The notes under the pieces were generated by a model. It saw only the letters and a program-made list of their open reading frames with translations. It did not search any database and was not told where the DNA came from. Position numbers and translations under genes: made by a program. Of a stretch of 64,000 nt of DNA, positions 1 through 11,673 are shown one piece after another; within the stretch, counting starts at the first letter, position 1, and every line of letters starts with the position of its first letter. The DNA is from Cirrosporium novae-zelandiae (taxonomy: Eukaryota): the NCBI GenBank assembly GCA_026023565.1, contig JAPETS010000022.1, positions 1 to 64,000 on the forward strand, given 5' to 3'.

Positions 1-126
1 GGTGAAGGTGAAGGTGAAGGTGAAGGTGAAGGTGAAGGTGAAGGTGAAGGTGAAGGTGAAGGTGAAGGTGAAGGTGAAGGTGAAGGTGAAGGTGAAGGTG
101 AAGGTGAAGGTGAAGGTGAAGGTGAA
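1..126. repeat. (GGTGAA)21 perfect hexamer repeat, degenerating to ~220; encodes (Ser-Pro)n on the minus strand
   Basis: Directly visible, and in frame with the S/P-rich exon. Confidence 0.95.
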
Positions 127-1081
127 GATGAGGGTGAAGGCGAGAGTGAAGGCGAGGGTGAAGGCGAGGGTGAAGATGGGTATGAAGACGCGGGTGGAGA
201 CGCTGGTGAAGACGCTGGTGAAGTCCAGGACGAGGAGAACGATGACGATGTTGTGGGTGGAGGTACAGAACTAGATATTATCGAGGGACTGTAAGAGGTT
301 ATTGGAGACACGGGACTAGAAGCCGAATACGAGGGTTGAGATGTAATTTTTGATGTTGAAGGCGAAGAAGGCGTTGCAAAAGTAGATGTCCATGATGAAT
401 CAGGCGATGTAGGTATAGTCGAAGAATATAAAGTAGGGCACGAGCTTTTCCATATTGTAGTTGTATTCCATGCGGTCGTTGTGTATGGATTGCAGGAACC
501 ACCAGACACAGTAATAGTAATGGTGCTATAGATCGACTTCGTTTTTGATTTAGGCTAGAGTATTTTATAAATCAGTAACCATCCAATGCAAGGCTAAACA
601 ATAATTTCTAGGATATCGAGAATACATATCAAGCCAATCACTTCTATGGTTTGCATCAGGAAGGCATTCAAACAACAAAATCACAAATAGAAAATATATT
701 TTAGTAAAAATCCAATTATCATTGTAGAATCTTGAAATAGCCTTGCAAACCGCAACAGTAAATGATCTAGCAAGCTGATATGTTTCATCCTAACACAATA
801 AAATATATCAAAGATTTTAATGTTATGCCCCCAAGGCATAGAGAACATACCAGCTCTGTCACTGTCACCGTTTCGGTTTTTGTATTATCTGATCCTTTCT
901 GCCATGCTGTCGTTGTTTTTGTAACCGTAACTGTTCCTCCAGCAGCACAACTGAGGCTCGAGGATACTGGTGAGGTTGAAGTCTCCACCAAACTCGACGT
1001 AGTATTATAATATTCTGCTTCCGAGAGAGGTATAAGCGATAATAATGTCGCTGCCGCAACAAGGCTGGCGTGCAGCCTCAT
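1..1081 (-). CDS. Secreted Ser/Thr/Pro-rich (mucin-like/cell-wall) protein, 3' end outside the window; exons 1081-851 and 554-<1
   Basis: N-terminal signal peptide MRLHASLVAAATLLSLIPLSEA. GTATGT donor at 850, TACTGAT branch and CTAG acceptor at 555 join in frame to PKSKTKSIYSTITITVSGGSC...SPSPSP, which is open to base 1. Confidence 0.75.
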
Positions 1082-2999
1082 CTTAGGAAATGCTGCTATA
1101 TCGATTGAGATATAGATATCTCTATGCCATCAACAATGGCGGTGGATGGGCTCGCATTCAATTGCTGTTCAGAAATTTAGTGGATAGAATGGCTGAGGAT
1201 ATCAATCTACATGGGCTAAACGATCGTGATGTATTCTTAAAGTAAAGATGCCAGCGATTTAACGAAAGGAGCGCTTGTATCTTAGGATAGTGGGGGGAGG
1301 GCAGGGGCAGCTAGCAAGGACGGTGAGGATATTCACAGCTCCGTTGGGCTGAGATCAATAAAGATCCATCATAAATGAGGCTCTTCTCAGCCGTCTAAGG
1401 ATCCTCGTTGCTGAGGTAGACTTTACTCGGTAGACTTTACTCGTTTTGCACTCTAGGTTTTGAGACATGGTCATGAACCACTGGGTGTGCAATTGAACAA
1501 TTGCCGGCTCGGATTCAACTGGTATGGAGTGTATGAGCCAAAACATGCAGTTATACGAATCAGTCCAACATGGTTTTCCTTTGATTGGTGTGCCATTTCA
1601 TGGGATGGCATACACAGTTGTATGTCTTGTGCAATCATATCAGTTGCGGTTAGTCTAACGAAAATCACAACGAGCCTGGACCTTTTTGGTACACAGTAAC
1701 TAAATAAAAGATCAGGTTGTTGATGATGCAGTGGATGTATCTCTTAGCTGCAGATGTACTGTATATTGACCATCTGTCAAACATGGGGCGGGATCCTACA
1801 GGCTGACAAGGTGGAGGAGACTAATCATCCTTTGGGCTGAAAGAATTGTCCGCATTTGTTTGTGGCCGAAGGACTAGGAATCTCATAATTAAAATGTATT
1901 TTATTTTCCGAGTTGATGAAATAATTGAGACTTATAGCTTTCCGAAGTTGAAATTTTCCATGAATGATGTTGGTGATAATTTGTTGTTTAGTCTCGTTGT
2001 GGGAGATGAAAAGAAAAAGCTTAAAGGGCGATAATTACCCAGTAATTACATAATTCCATTAATACGGTATTTTTATACTTTTGTACACAATGACCAAAGC
2101 CGGCTAGTTGCATGATTAAGTGTATTTAGTTTATCAAGACTTTTCCCCAAACACAACCAAATCCGAACGTCCTGTTCGAGCCTTCTCGTCTTTTTTGACC
2201 TCTTGACATCTATCGCTCGGTCCATCAAATAACTGTACCACAATATAACCTGTCTAGCTCCAATAAGCTGCTTTGTCAATCAATAAAATCCTACAGGAAT
2301 TCCAATAAACTCCATCTCAGCTTTAGTTCTTTCCAACCACCATCAAGAGTGGCCCACCATCTTTTTACCAGTACAAGCTATCCTTGGATAATGCCCTCAG
2401 TCCGCTATGGGTTGCCATATGGACTTGGTTATGGATTGGCTTGGTTGACAACCCACACCTTCTAACTATCAAAGCTATTCCTGACTTTTAGGCCTTTTGA
2501 ATAATTAACTTCTGCTGGTTGCATTCCTTGTGCAAGGCACCGTCTAGTAGTTTAACTAGAACCCATAGGAATTTTTCTTACTCTGATTAAATTCTGATAT
2601 GGCAACCTCCCCACTATCTAAAATATGATGTGCTTTTTATTACCTTTTACACAGTACTACCTAGGTATTTATTCTTTTGCCATGTGGCCCAATAACTACA
2701 ACTTACAGATCCATTGGACTCGGCTTAGCCTAATCCTGCTGTCAATCCAGAAGTAACCCACCATTCTGCATGACCTTTTCTCGTGTCCTGCAAAGTTGAG
2801 GGGATAGATACCCCTCATCGTACCCCCCAGTCTCAATGTCCTGCAAGCAATCAACATCCTAGACTCCCAGAGCCGCATCTATTCTGATCCACCCCGCCAA
2901 GCTCATATTTGTATGAGATCTGATGTTTGTTTCGTGAACCCTTCAAGCCCATTTCCTTTGGCCCACACTTCACTCTATGTGTTAATCGTCTCATGCGTT

Positions 3000-5811
3000 A
3001 TGGAAGCTTTTCCAAAGACTATACTGGTGGTCCTATTTGCCTTGCTGCAACTGGGGGTTGCAGTAATAACCTGGTCTAGCGACACAATTAATATTAGCAT
3101 GTGCAGTTGGTCTCAGTTGCGAGGTGAGGTCCTCAAAATGATCCTTTTGATGCTGTAGCTGATATAAATAGCTGGTGTAATACGTGATACTATTTATCTT
3201 GATGGTGGTTCACTCTGGTGGCAGCAGTATGTCTTGCACTTGGTATATTGTTTTCATTCTCATAAGTTAATATAATATTTTAGAGGTTTTGCAAATGGCT
3301 CCTTGAATATTCCCGAAGATGATGGTACGACCCAAGATCTGTTAACTGGGACCCGATAATGATATCTTTTCAGGAAACCCGTTGGGGCTTCTCTATAATT
3401 TCAGCTTCTCCGATTCCTTTAATACAAAAACCACAAATCTTACTAGTCTATTCGGGTCTACATCGAAGGCCAACGGTGCTGCCAATAATATTGCTCCCAC
3501 CTACATTGATGGTACAATTTTTGCAAACAACTATGAGTTCTATCTATATGGGTAACGTACAAGCTCAGGTTTTTTCTGGACGTTTAATTCACTAACATCA
3601 TTAGTGGTCTCTTTCGTCTTACTGATAGCATGGATGCTCCATCATCAGATGATGTTTTGAAGTATGAAAAATATCAATATGGCCCATATAGAGCTTCTTG
3701 GTTAGAGGGTTTCCTTGAAGAATCTCTTCCGGAAAATGTAACCCGTTATATCACGAATGGTGCTGGTGTGTCAATTCCTAATGAAAACATGGGATACTAC
3801 TTCAGTGGAATGCGTGGTAAAAATTGGGGTATAATTGAAACAGATGATTCCTCTGCAAATGTCACAGCAGATAGTCTGATATCAGTTAATATGACGGTTA
3901 TGAGAGATGAAATTTGGTCAAACCAGACGCTGCCTCAAAATATTCCGGGACGGGCCAATGCTGAGCTTGTATGGATACCTGTTTCCGAATCTGGAGTATT
4001 AGTCGCAATTGGGGGAGTTGTTGACCCAGAAGTTATTTATCCTGCCGGCCTGAATGATTCACAAATATCGCAAAGTGTAAGCTATCTACTTAGCCCACAT
4101 AATGCTATTGGTCTCACATTTCTTTAGGAAAGTATAAGTCCCGGTTTCATGACGAGCTTGCCTATATATGATATTGCCGGGCAGCAATGGTATGTAGAAT
4201 TTGTCGAAATGTTTCCCTTTGCTAACACATTTTAAGGTATCTCCAGAACACTTCGGGAACTGCACCTGGTCAATTAACTCAATTCTGCTCTGTTGTGGCT
4301 CCTGCGAATGATAGTTCCTCTTTCAATGTGTACATCTACGGGGGCTACAACGGTTACGACGCAGATGATGTGCCTTCTGATGATGTGTATATTCTCTCTA
4401 TTCCTTCATTTCATTGGATCAAAGCCTATTCTGGAAGTGGAACTCACGGTAGACGAGGTCATAAGTGTGCGCTAGTATATCCAAACCAGATGCTCGTCAT
4501 TGGAGGTCAATATATGGATCCGACCACTTGCGTCGAAGGAGGCATTATTCAAGTGTTTAACCTTAATACACTCGAGTTTCAGGATACCTATGATCCTACG
4601 GTCTGGAGCGATTACAAAGTCCCTAATATTGTGACGAAGGTCATAGGTGGAAAGTAGGTGTCCACTCATTAAAAACTTGTCGATTCTAGCCAAAATAGCT
4701 TGCTAATTTGAATAGTATAAACGGAAGTGCCACGACGGATGCACCCTCGACTTGGGGCGACAGCTCTCTTTCCACCTTATTTGGAGAGAAATATACCAAA
4801 ACTATAACAACATGGTATCCTTATAGTACAGTCAACTCTTCGGCTTCTGCATCACCTACGGTAACCATAGTTCACAACTCCGGCGGATTGCCCAAATGGG
4901 TTGCACCAGTCCTTGGAGTAATTCTCGGCTTGATCTTTGTCACAACACTAGTCGTACTAATCCTCATCTGGCGTCGAAGGAGACACAGACACAGACAAAG
5001 TGACACCAGTGTCACCACTCCAAGCGGACGAAGAAGCCGTATTTTGAGCTGGATACATGGAACGTCACAACATCCTCCCAAAGACGATACAACCGTAACC
5101 TCTACGGATATTGGAGATGAAACCGCTGGAACTCCAGCCGTAGAAGTACTAGACCCTATTCCTGAAGCAGGTGGTGGACAAATACACGAATTGCAAGGTA
5201 TATCATCAAATACATATCTTACTTATCTTTATATGCTAATATCCTCCCTTCTCAAAGCTCTATCTCCTCCAATTGAGTTGCCGACGATGTACAATACTAG
5301 TACCAGTAATGTCCATCAATTTAATCATCGAGAAAGGGCACGTGAAGTTGTTTCACCAGTTTCAAGAGACTCTTCCGAAATTTCAATCGCCCAGTCACCT
5401 TTTTTCACAGCCAGAAGAGGGTCTTCCCCACATCCCCCACAGGGGCGGCACGACTCAACCGTCTCCGCTGGCTCTGTACTCTCATCCATAGACGATGAAA
5501 CCGTTTCAAGAGATTCAAGTGAAATTGGTCCCTCGTCTCCCCCATTACCAGCCGGAATGTCCTCACGGCGTCCTACCCACAAACGGCACAAATCATCCGT
5601 TTCAAGCAATGCTCTGTCACCCCTAGATGAGGGTCAACCACCCTCGCCTATTTCAAGCCCATCCCCCGAACCATCCCCTCAGCTACAGAGCCAAGAACCT
5701 TCAAGGCGTCCCTCGAATCGGCGTCATCAATCCTCGAGTGCTTTTATCCTATCTCCGTTGGATGATACCCCGGAAGGCTATCAGGATGATGTACCAAGGC
5801 CAGGAAGATAG
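3000..5811 (+). CDS. Multi-exon kelch/beta-propeller single-pass membrane (cell-wall-anchored type) protein
   Basis: Signal peptide MEAFPKTILVVLFALLQLG. Kelch-like motifs IYLDGG, VYIYGG, MLVIGG, LVAIGG. TM helix WVAPVLGVILGLIFVTTLVVLILIW followed by RRRR, then an S/P-rich tail. About 8 short GT-AG introns. Confidence 0.8.
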
Positions 5812-6418
5812 CAAATGGTACATTTATGCGCGAATCTCTAGCTTAATGATAATTACTAATGTACGGAACCGAAACTAATAATTTGCGGTTTTGTGTTCAT
5901 TAACGAAGCTGACGAAATGGACGTAGCCGTCCAGCTGTTGTAACCAACGCCATCAACGCTTTAGTGAAAGAATAAATTGTTGTATTCGAGCGCGACAGCC
6001 TAACAATGAACCGATTTTCTGGGTGGTGGTGGGTGAATGGTTTGATGTTTTACCCAGGAATTCAAAAGCCAACGTCAGATTAATCCCTCCAACGAGAATT
6101 CAAGCCTGCCACTTAGTCCTACCTTCAGAAATCAAGAAATCTCTTGATGAGAGAATGTCCTCTCTCATATCTATCGTGGTACCGAACGTACCACTTCCAT
6201 AGGAACCAGCTGAGATAATCGCTTCGATTCCAGAAACAAAGCAAAATAACAGCCAGTCACGACAATTACAACCACAATTAATTGCCCAAGTTACCTATCC
6301 AAGAGCCATTCATCCAAAACAAGGCTCCGGCCTCAACACAAAAACCAAATTCCTCCGATTCCTAGCTTCCCATCCACCACAATATCCCACCCCTTCGTCC
6401 ATCCCCCAGAAAACAAAT

Positions 6419-6524
6419 TGTGTTGATCGCGAATCGAACACGGAGCTCGTCGACAATGCTACTAGATTAAACCAGAAACGATGGTAACGACAAATTTTAC
6501 CATATACCACTAAACCACTCATGT
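6419..6524 (-). pseudogene. Degenerate intron-containing tRNA-Gly-like pseudogene (anticodon reads ACC)
   Basis: Minus strand has A-box TGGTTTAGTGGTA, anticodon arm TGTCG-TT-ACC-A...T-CGACG around a ~28-nt insert, and T-loop GTTCGATTC. There is an extra TATGGTA in the D region and the acceptor stem is broken. Confidence 0.6.
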
Positions 6525-7697
6525 GGTTAAGCCGGTGGATCCTAGGGCCGTTGCCCTAGAGTTGCTTGATGAAAGAGTTAGTAGGAATGCATATATATGC
6601 CGCAGAACGTGGAATTGAAGTTCGAAAAGAAGGCCATTTGGGTTGGTTATATTGTTAGCTACGACGAGAAGTCGGGATTTATTAGTGATTGGCTCCTTGA
6701 TGCGGACGGATATTTAATTAGTAATTTCTAAATACGTTAATTATTGATATTCCCATTGCCGGTTCTAACAGCTCCCTGGTCCAGTCCTCAATATCCCACA
6801 TAAACCAGAATCAGACAGTGCTTACCACCAGACCATGATTATCTCCCTCCCTCTCCTGTCTTCCCACCAACCCAGCAGTCCACCAAGTATCTCAAACCAT
6901 CTATCAATTAATGTTAGCTATCAGGGAGGTCTCCAGATCAAATAAGGACCTAATTCACAACGATGTTTCAGGATTAGCCTTCTTACATTATGGAAGAAGG
7001 CTTAAGAAGGCCTTACATCAGATAGGAAAAAATGAGGTAACGTGCAAGCCTACTGGCTTAGAGGGTCAAACACAACTTAATAGACTGGAATTGTTGTTAA
7101 TATTGACTCTACGATTCCTCTAGCCCAGTCCCGAACTGAAAGGGCAACCAAATCACTTGAGGGCTTCTTCTTCTTCTCTTTGATACGGCCTATCAATATC
7201 TTAGGGTTTTGAAATTAGGAGTAGCAGGAGCCTCTCGTAAAGGCAGTACATTCCTCCCACAGGTTATCGCGAAAAACTAGCATGGGGTGTCAGTCAGTGC
7301 CAGAGTTGTTGGGCTTTACGAAGAGTCCAGGATCTCAATATTAGCCACAAAACTTTCCATGTCACTTGGAGATTCCCTTGAGTGAATCTAACATTTCCAA
7401 CCTCCAAGTCGATGAGATCGATCGCGCGACAGTTTTAAGTGATGACAAGCCTATACACTACCTGCGGGTCAATTTCAGATTCAAGAGGTGCTGTCAACAT
7501 GGAATTTGGCACGTTGATCCAAAGCTAGGACCAAGAAACCAAGTCGGTTATGGCAATCATGAAGAGAATGAGTGAAGATACCATAGCTGATTTCGAATTC
7601 CTCATCCCATGTGGGCAATGATACCTGGCAGCATATCCCTTCATACGTAAGCAAAAATCAGAATACATCATTTAATATCTAAAGTTGCGGATCAATC

Positions 7698-8505
7698 ATG
7701 GCTACAGAAACATTAGAAAACTATTACAAGATTCCCGACCATGACTCGAACAATGAAGATGAGCTTACCCCGCAGAAGGTCAAGCAAGCATATTCATCGA
7801 GCTCTCCTAAAGAATCATCCCAACATGCTTCAAGATCTCTACATCTGATGTTCAGCCTCCCACCAAATCGACACAATTAATGATTTGCAAGCAAGTGATA
7901 CAACAGTTAAGTGCTACCTATAAACAAGCCTAAGCACCTTCCATGACCAGGTCTAGCAAAGCCAAATGTGAACTAGAACGTCATGTGCAAAAAAGTCCGC
8001 CATTGAATAGTACATACAAACATAAAAATGGCCAGACTTACGAGATGATAGTGTATTATCCTAACAAAAGCTACTCTATCGATGACCTCAAACTTGGCAT
8101 CCAGCCAATGTTATAGACTCCAGACCGATTACTAGAAGCAGATGTGAGACACCGCAGCCTTGAAAATGGAATATAGCTTTGCAGGCACTGGATACCTCAG
8201 ATATTAACCTCAGAGTCAAGCCAAGACATATCATCTTTCTTCTGCTTTTATATATTCCTCGAGTTTATCCAAAGGGAATCATCGCCGTGGAGAACCTTCG
8301 AATATTTCTTCCCATCTCAAGATCACAAGAGCAGCACACACTTCCTCTTCAAACCGAAAAAGGATTCTTTCTAGAAAGGGGAGCTATATGATTAGAAAAT
8401 GCAAAAGAAGGTGTACTGTACAATACTACTACACGTCAGAAGAAAATGAACAAGCTGAACGAGTTGTTGGTTGGTTGGAAGTGGTTCATTTTTTGTTTTA
8501 GGCTA
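7698..8505 (+). pseudogene. DPH4: Heavily decayed DPH4/JJJ3-like J-domain gene
   Basis: MATETLENYYKI...LTPQKVKQAY, then a +1 frameshift at ~7794 into HRALLKNHPN (J-domain helix plus HPD-like motif). Later remnants YSIDDLK, LQALDTSDI, EKGFFLE and ELLVGWK follow the order of fungal Dph4 motifs. Many stops and frameshifts. Confidence 0.55.
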
Positions 8506-8851
8506 GCCTATATCTATGATTGAAGAAAGCTTATAAATGTTAGATTTGATTAGATTAAGTAATCTACACATACACAACTTCACACTTGTTCAGTAATCAT
8601 CCTCGTTGTATGGACAGACAGGGGCTATATATGAGAGGAGAGGAGTAATTTGTATATTAGCAAGAAGGAAGGGAAAGAAGAACGAACCCCCGTGATTGCG
8701 AACAACAAGATTATCGAAAGGTGCTTCATCGATCGGTAACAAATGATACAGTAATAAATGGTAAGAAAGAAAATGTTGCCTATACACAGTAGATAACCCC
8801 TATCAAACTCCGACATTCCAACTTTCCTTGATATAAAATTCCCATTTTCAA

Positions 8852-8949
8852 AAATCGAATTTTTTCATTTGAAAGTATTGATTGAAGAGATAGACGTTTA
8901 GATAAAATGAAAGTTTTGATAAGTACTTCCAAATGAAAGAATTCAATTT
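8852..8949. repeat. Imperfect inverted repeat (fold-back/MITE-like), ~35-bp arms
   Basis: AAATCGAATTTTTTCATTTGAAAGTATTGATTGAA matches the reverse complement of ~8915-8949 at 28/35; mismatches are mostly transitions. Confidence 0.7.
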
Positions 8950-9517
8950 CCACAAAAGAACTCGTATGGGTGGGCTAAAGACACCCCCGCATTTTACTTA
9001 GGGGAAACAACCATCATTGTGTTCAAAGCCGACCCGATCACTAAGTCCAACTACTAAGGACTAGTTTCGATGATGGTAGGGGGTTGGAGTTATGAATGCT
9101 CAGAGGAAGATCTTATAACAAATACAGTTTCATTTACATTGAAAAAAAAAGAAAGTGCTTACAGGAGATTATTAGATAGATAGTTATTAGCACAAAAGGG
9201 ACAGTAGATTTTTTCGGTGATTTTTTTTTTTAATTTTTTGAAGTGTTGGCCAGCAGCACTATATTTCATATGGGGGGGTTTTTTTTGTCTCGCAAGGGTG
9301 AACACTTACCTCCCTAGCAGGACAGAAGAAAGAGAAAAAAATAGACCTTACCTTGTTGTTAGGGTTTGGTGATAGATTGAGTCCGAACTCCGAACTCCAA
9401 AAACCACATAAAGAATTGAAATGAAAAAGTCTAATATAATTATAAAGTATAATTATAAAGGAGTATAAGATAAAGAATGGAATGAAACAAAAGAAAAAGC
9501 ATTGTTCAAAAAAAGAC

Positions 9518-10360
9518 TTACCGGATATATCCCCGTGGCCAGTGGTCGTCTCCGTCCACCGAAGGGAGCGAGTTCGACCTCGAACTCCTCCTGGAAATCG
9601 GACTGGTAGGGAATCGATGGCGCTGCGGCGCAGCGTTGTGTCGACCATGGGGGGGTCCATCACGGTGCGTCCTCAAGTACTCAAGCCCGAATCGATCTAG
9701 TTCCCCCAAAGGCGCGTATGGGCCGTAGTATATTTGGTGTCGAGGGGATCTGGGGGGGGCTTGATCTTGGTGTTGATAGGTATCCGAATAGTAACCGTCG
9801 TCTTCGTCGTCGGCCATTTCCGAGTCGCTTGTCTCGTCTAGAGGAATCATTTCATCATCATCTAGATCGACCTGCGTGCCGTAATCGGTAGGCATCTCTT
9901 CGGCTAGGGGGAAAAATAAAGGTAAGCTTTGTCTTTGCGGAATTGGAGAGAGAAGAGGAATGGATGATTCATCGGAGTCGTACTCCTCGCCTGAGAGACT
10001 TCCTGAGCTGGACTCACTGGGTATCGGTGGCTGGCGGGTATCACTAATGAAGATGTGGTACTCTTCGTTGGGGTTATTTCCCACACCAGGAAGAGGTACC
10101 GTGAGGTGAGTGTTGGGTATTCCTCCCTGGAGGAGGTGTCTACCGGCGAGGAGGCTGATGAGAGGGTTCGCTTGGGGGTTGGATAGTTGGCTGGATTCAA
10201 CGGGGTGACCATAGTTGTTTTCTATTAGACTAAGGCCGAAAAACCGGGGATCTGTTAGAAATTGGCTTTGGAAATCGGATGAGCTTGATGATCTTGATCG
10301 AGATGATGGAGATGGAGGCATCCGGTCTCCATTTCTAGAAAAATCGTTGGGATTTGCCAT
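9518..10360 (-). CDS. Orphan low-complexity (S/P/D-rich) protein, 280 aa; may splice further at the GTAAGT donor at ~9521
   Basis: Long GC-richer ORF with ATG in good context (AACAATGG). Consensus donors at ~9521, ~9352 and ~9309 downstream. No recognisable domain. Confidence 0.5.
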   Translation of the reverse strand: MANPNDFSRNGDRMPPSPSSRSRSSSSSDFQSQFLTDPRFFGLSLIENNYGHPVESSQLSNPQANPLISLLAGRHLLQGGIPNTHLTVPLPGVGNNPNEEYHIFISDTRQPPIPSESSSGSLSGEEYDSDESSIPLLSPIPQRQSLPLFFPLAEEMPTDYGTQVDLDDDEMIPLDETSDSEMADDEDDGYYSDTYQHQDQAPPRSPRHQIYYGPYAPLGELDRFGLEYLRTHRDGPPHGRHNAAPQRHRFPTSPISRRSSRSNSLPSVDGDDHWPRGYIR

Positions 10361-10817
10361 TGTTGCTTAATAATGAGATGGTGTGCTTTCCTCCAGATGA
10401 CAGACAGCTTTTATATCATTGCAGGAAGACGTTAAATAATGCTCATTGTGATTGATAAAGCCCAAGGGGACCATTGTGTACAGACAAAAAACCAGACAAA
10501 GGCTCTTTGAGATTTGCAGACATTAAACAATAGCCCTTTATGAAATAAAGGATCCTACGACAATCCATTGTCTTTGAGATTTCATCGAGGCATCCGAATA
10601 TTCAACACGTCAGATACGCCATTCCTACCTATACTGACCCGTGTAGGCAGACCATTGAACCACAAAAATTTTGCGAGACTTCCATGAGCCTTTCCCTACT
10701 CACAAATATAGAAGAGATGAAACTAGGGTAGCGTTACTAGTATATTCAAGCTTTCTATACTTCTATTTTATTACAGCTACCTTCTTTGCTCCTTAAAAGA
10801 ACAAGACTGAAGTTAAC

Positions 10818-11057
10818 AGGCAATTATTTGCCGAGTAGAAATGAAAGCAACCAGGTCCAAAAAATGAACCTAGCAAAGTGACCTTAGGGAGGCCTTCAAA
10901 CAAAATCAATTTTTATATATTGCAATTAATTTTTGTCCTTTAAGCATTGGGGAGGTCTTTGAATTGTTGAAAATTGATTTTCTTAAAAGGCCTCCCCAGG
11001 GTCACATTTCTAGCCCGGTCTAGTCGCTTTCATTTCTACCCGTCAAAATTATACCTT
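10818..11057. mobile_element. ~240-bp fold-back element (MITE-like) ending ~100 bp upstream of tRNA-Ala
   Basis: GTAGAAATGAAAGC (10835-10848) is the exact reverse complement of 11026-11039. GTGACCTTAGGGAGGCCTT (10878-10896) matches the reverse complement of 10987-11005 at 17/19. An inner AAAATCAATTTT/AAAATTGATTTT pair is also present. No clear target-site duplication. Confidence 0.55.
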
Positions 11058-11160
11058 ATTCATCACCATTTCCGTCAAAGTTACATTCTCCTCACCCAAC
11101 AGACATCTTTTATTATCCACTTTGTCACCACGACATTCAACAGACAGCTTAATAAGGCAC

Positions 11161-11239
11161 GGGCATGTGGTTTAGTGGTATAATGTTCCCTTAGCACTTA
11201 GCATGGGAGAGGTCCGGCGTTCGATTCGCCGCTTGTCCA
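11161..11239 (+). tRNA. tRNA-Ala(AGC) with a 7-nt insert at the canonical intron position (11197-11203)
   Basis: GGGCATG/CTTGTCC acceptor stem with the G3:U70 Ala identity pair, anticodon arm TTCCC-TT-AGC-A...T-GGGAG, T-loop GTTCGATTC, downstream T-runs. 72 nt after removing the insert. Confidence 0.93.
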
Positions 11240-11673
11240 TTTAATTGTGAAAGCATTTCTGTGAAGTGTTTCCTTTTTTTATTTATTTAGAATAGTCCGC
11301 AAACACTGGCGAAGTCGCCCACATAAGTTTATATTGTTATGAGAAAGCTTTTATAAAGGATATTTTCTGGTTTTAAATTCGAGTTTAGATGGCAAATATC
11401 CCCCGACTTGTTTGTATTTCAAAATGCTCGCGGTATTATTACAGTAGGGAAAGAGAAGCCTTGGGGGAGAATAGCGCGTAGGAGATAGAATCCCATAGGG
11501 AGAAAGAGGTTGGAGGGTGTAGTCCAAACCCTGCGACCCAACCATTGGATTCGCAGAAAATACTCTCTGGATATGCAATCCAAAATCATATCATTTTCGG
11601 GACGTTTGTATCTAAAGTACTCTCCCAACAGTGTCTTCTTTCAAACGTGCCAAGATTTGATTAGTGAACTTGC

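Noticed and set aside
2..274. Plus-strand (VK)n ORF
   Set aside because: It is the antisense reading of the (SP)n repeat in the minus-strand secreted-protein gene.
1416..1443. 14-bp tandem duplication GTAGACTTTACTCG x2 as a CRISPR-like or TSD signal
   Set aside because: Two adjacent copies with no spacer in a eukaryotic genome; simple local duplication.
9358..9366. AACCCTAAC on the minus strand, resembling a telomerase RNA template
   Set aside because: A 9-mer is expected by chance in a window of this size, and I could not identify a pseudoknot or other telomerase RNA element.
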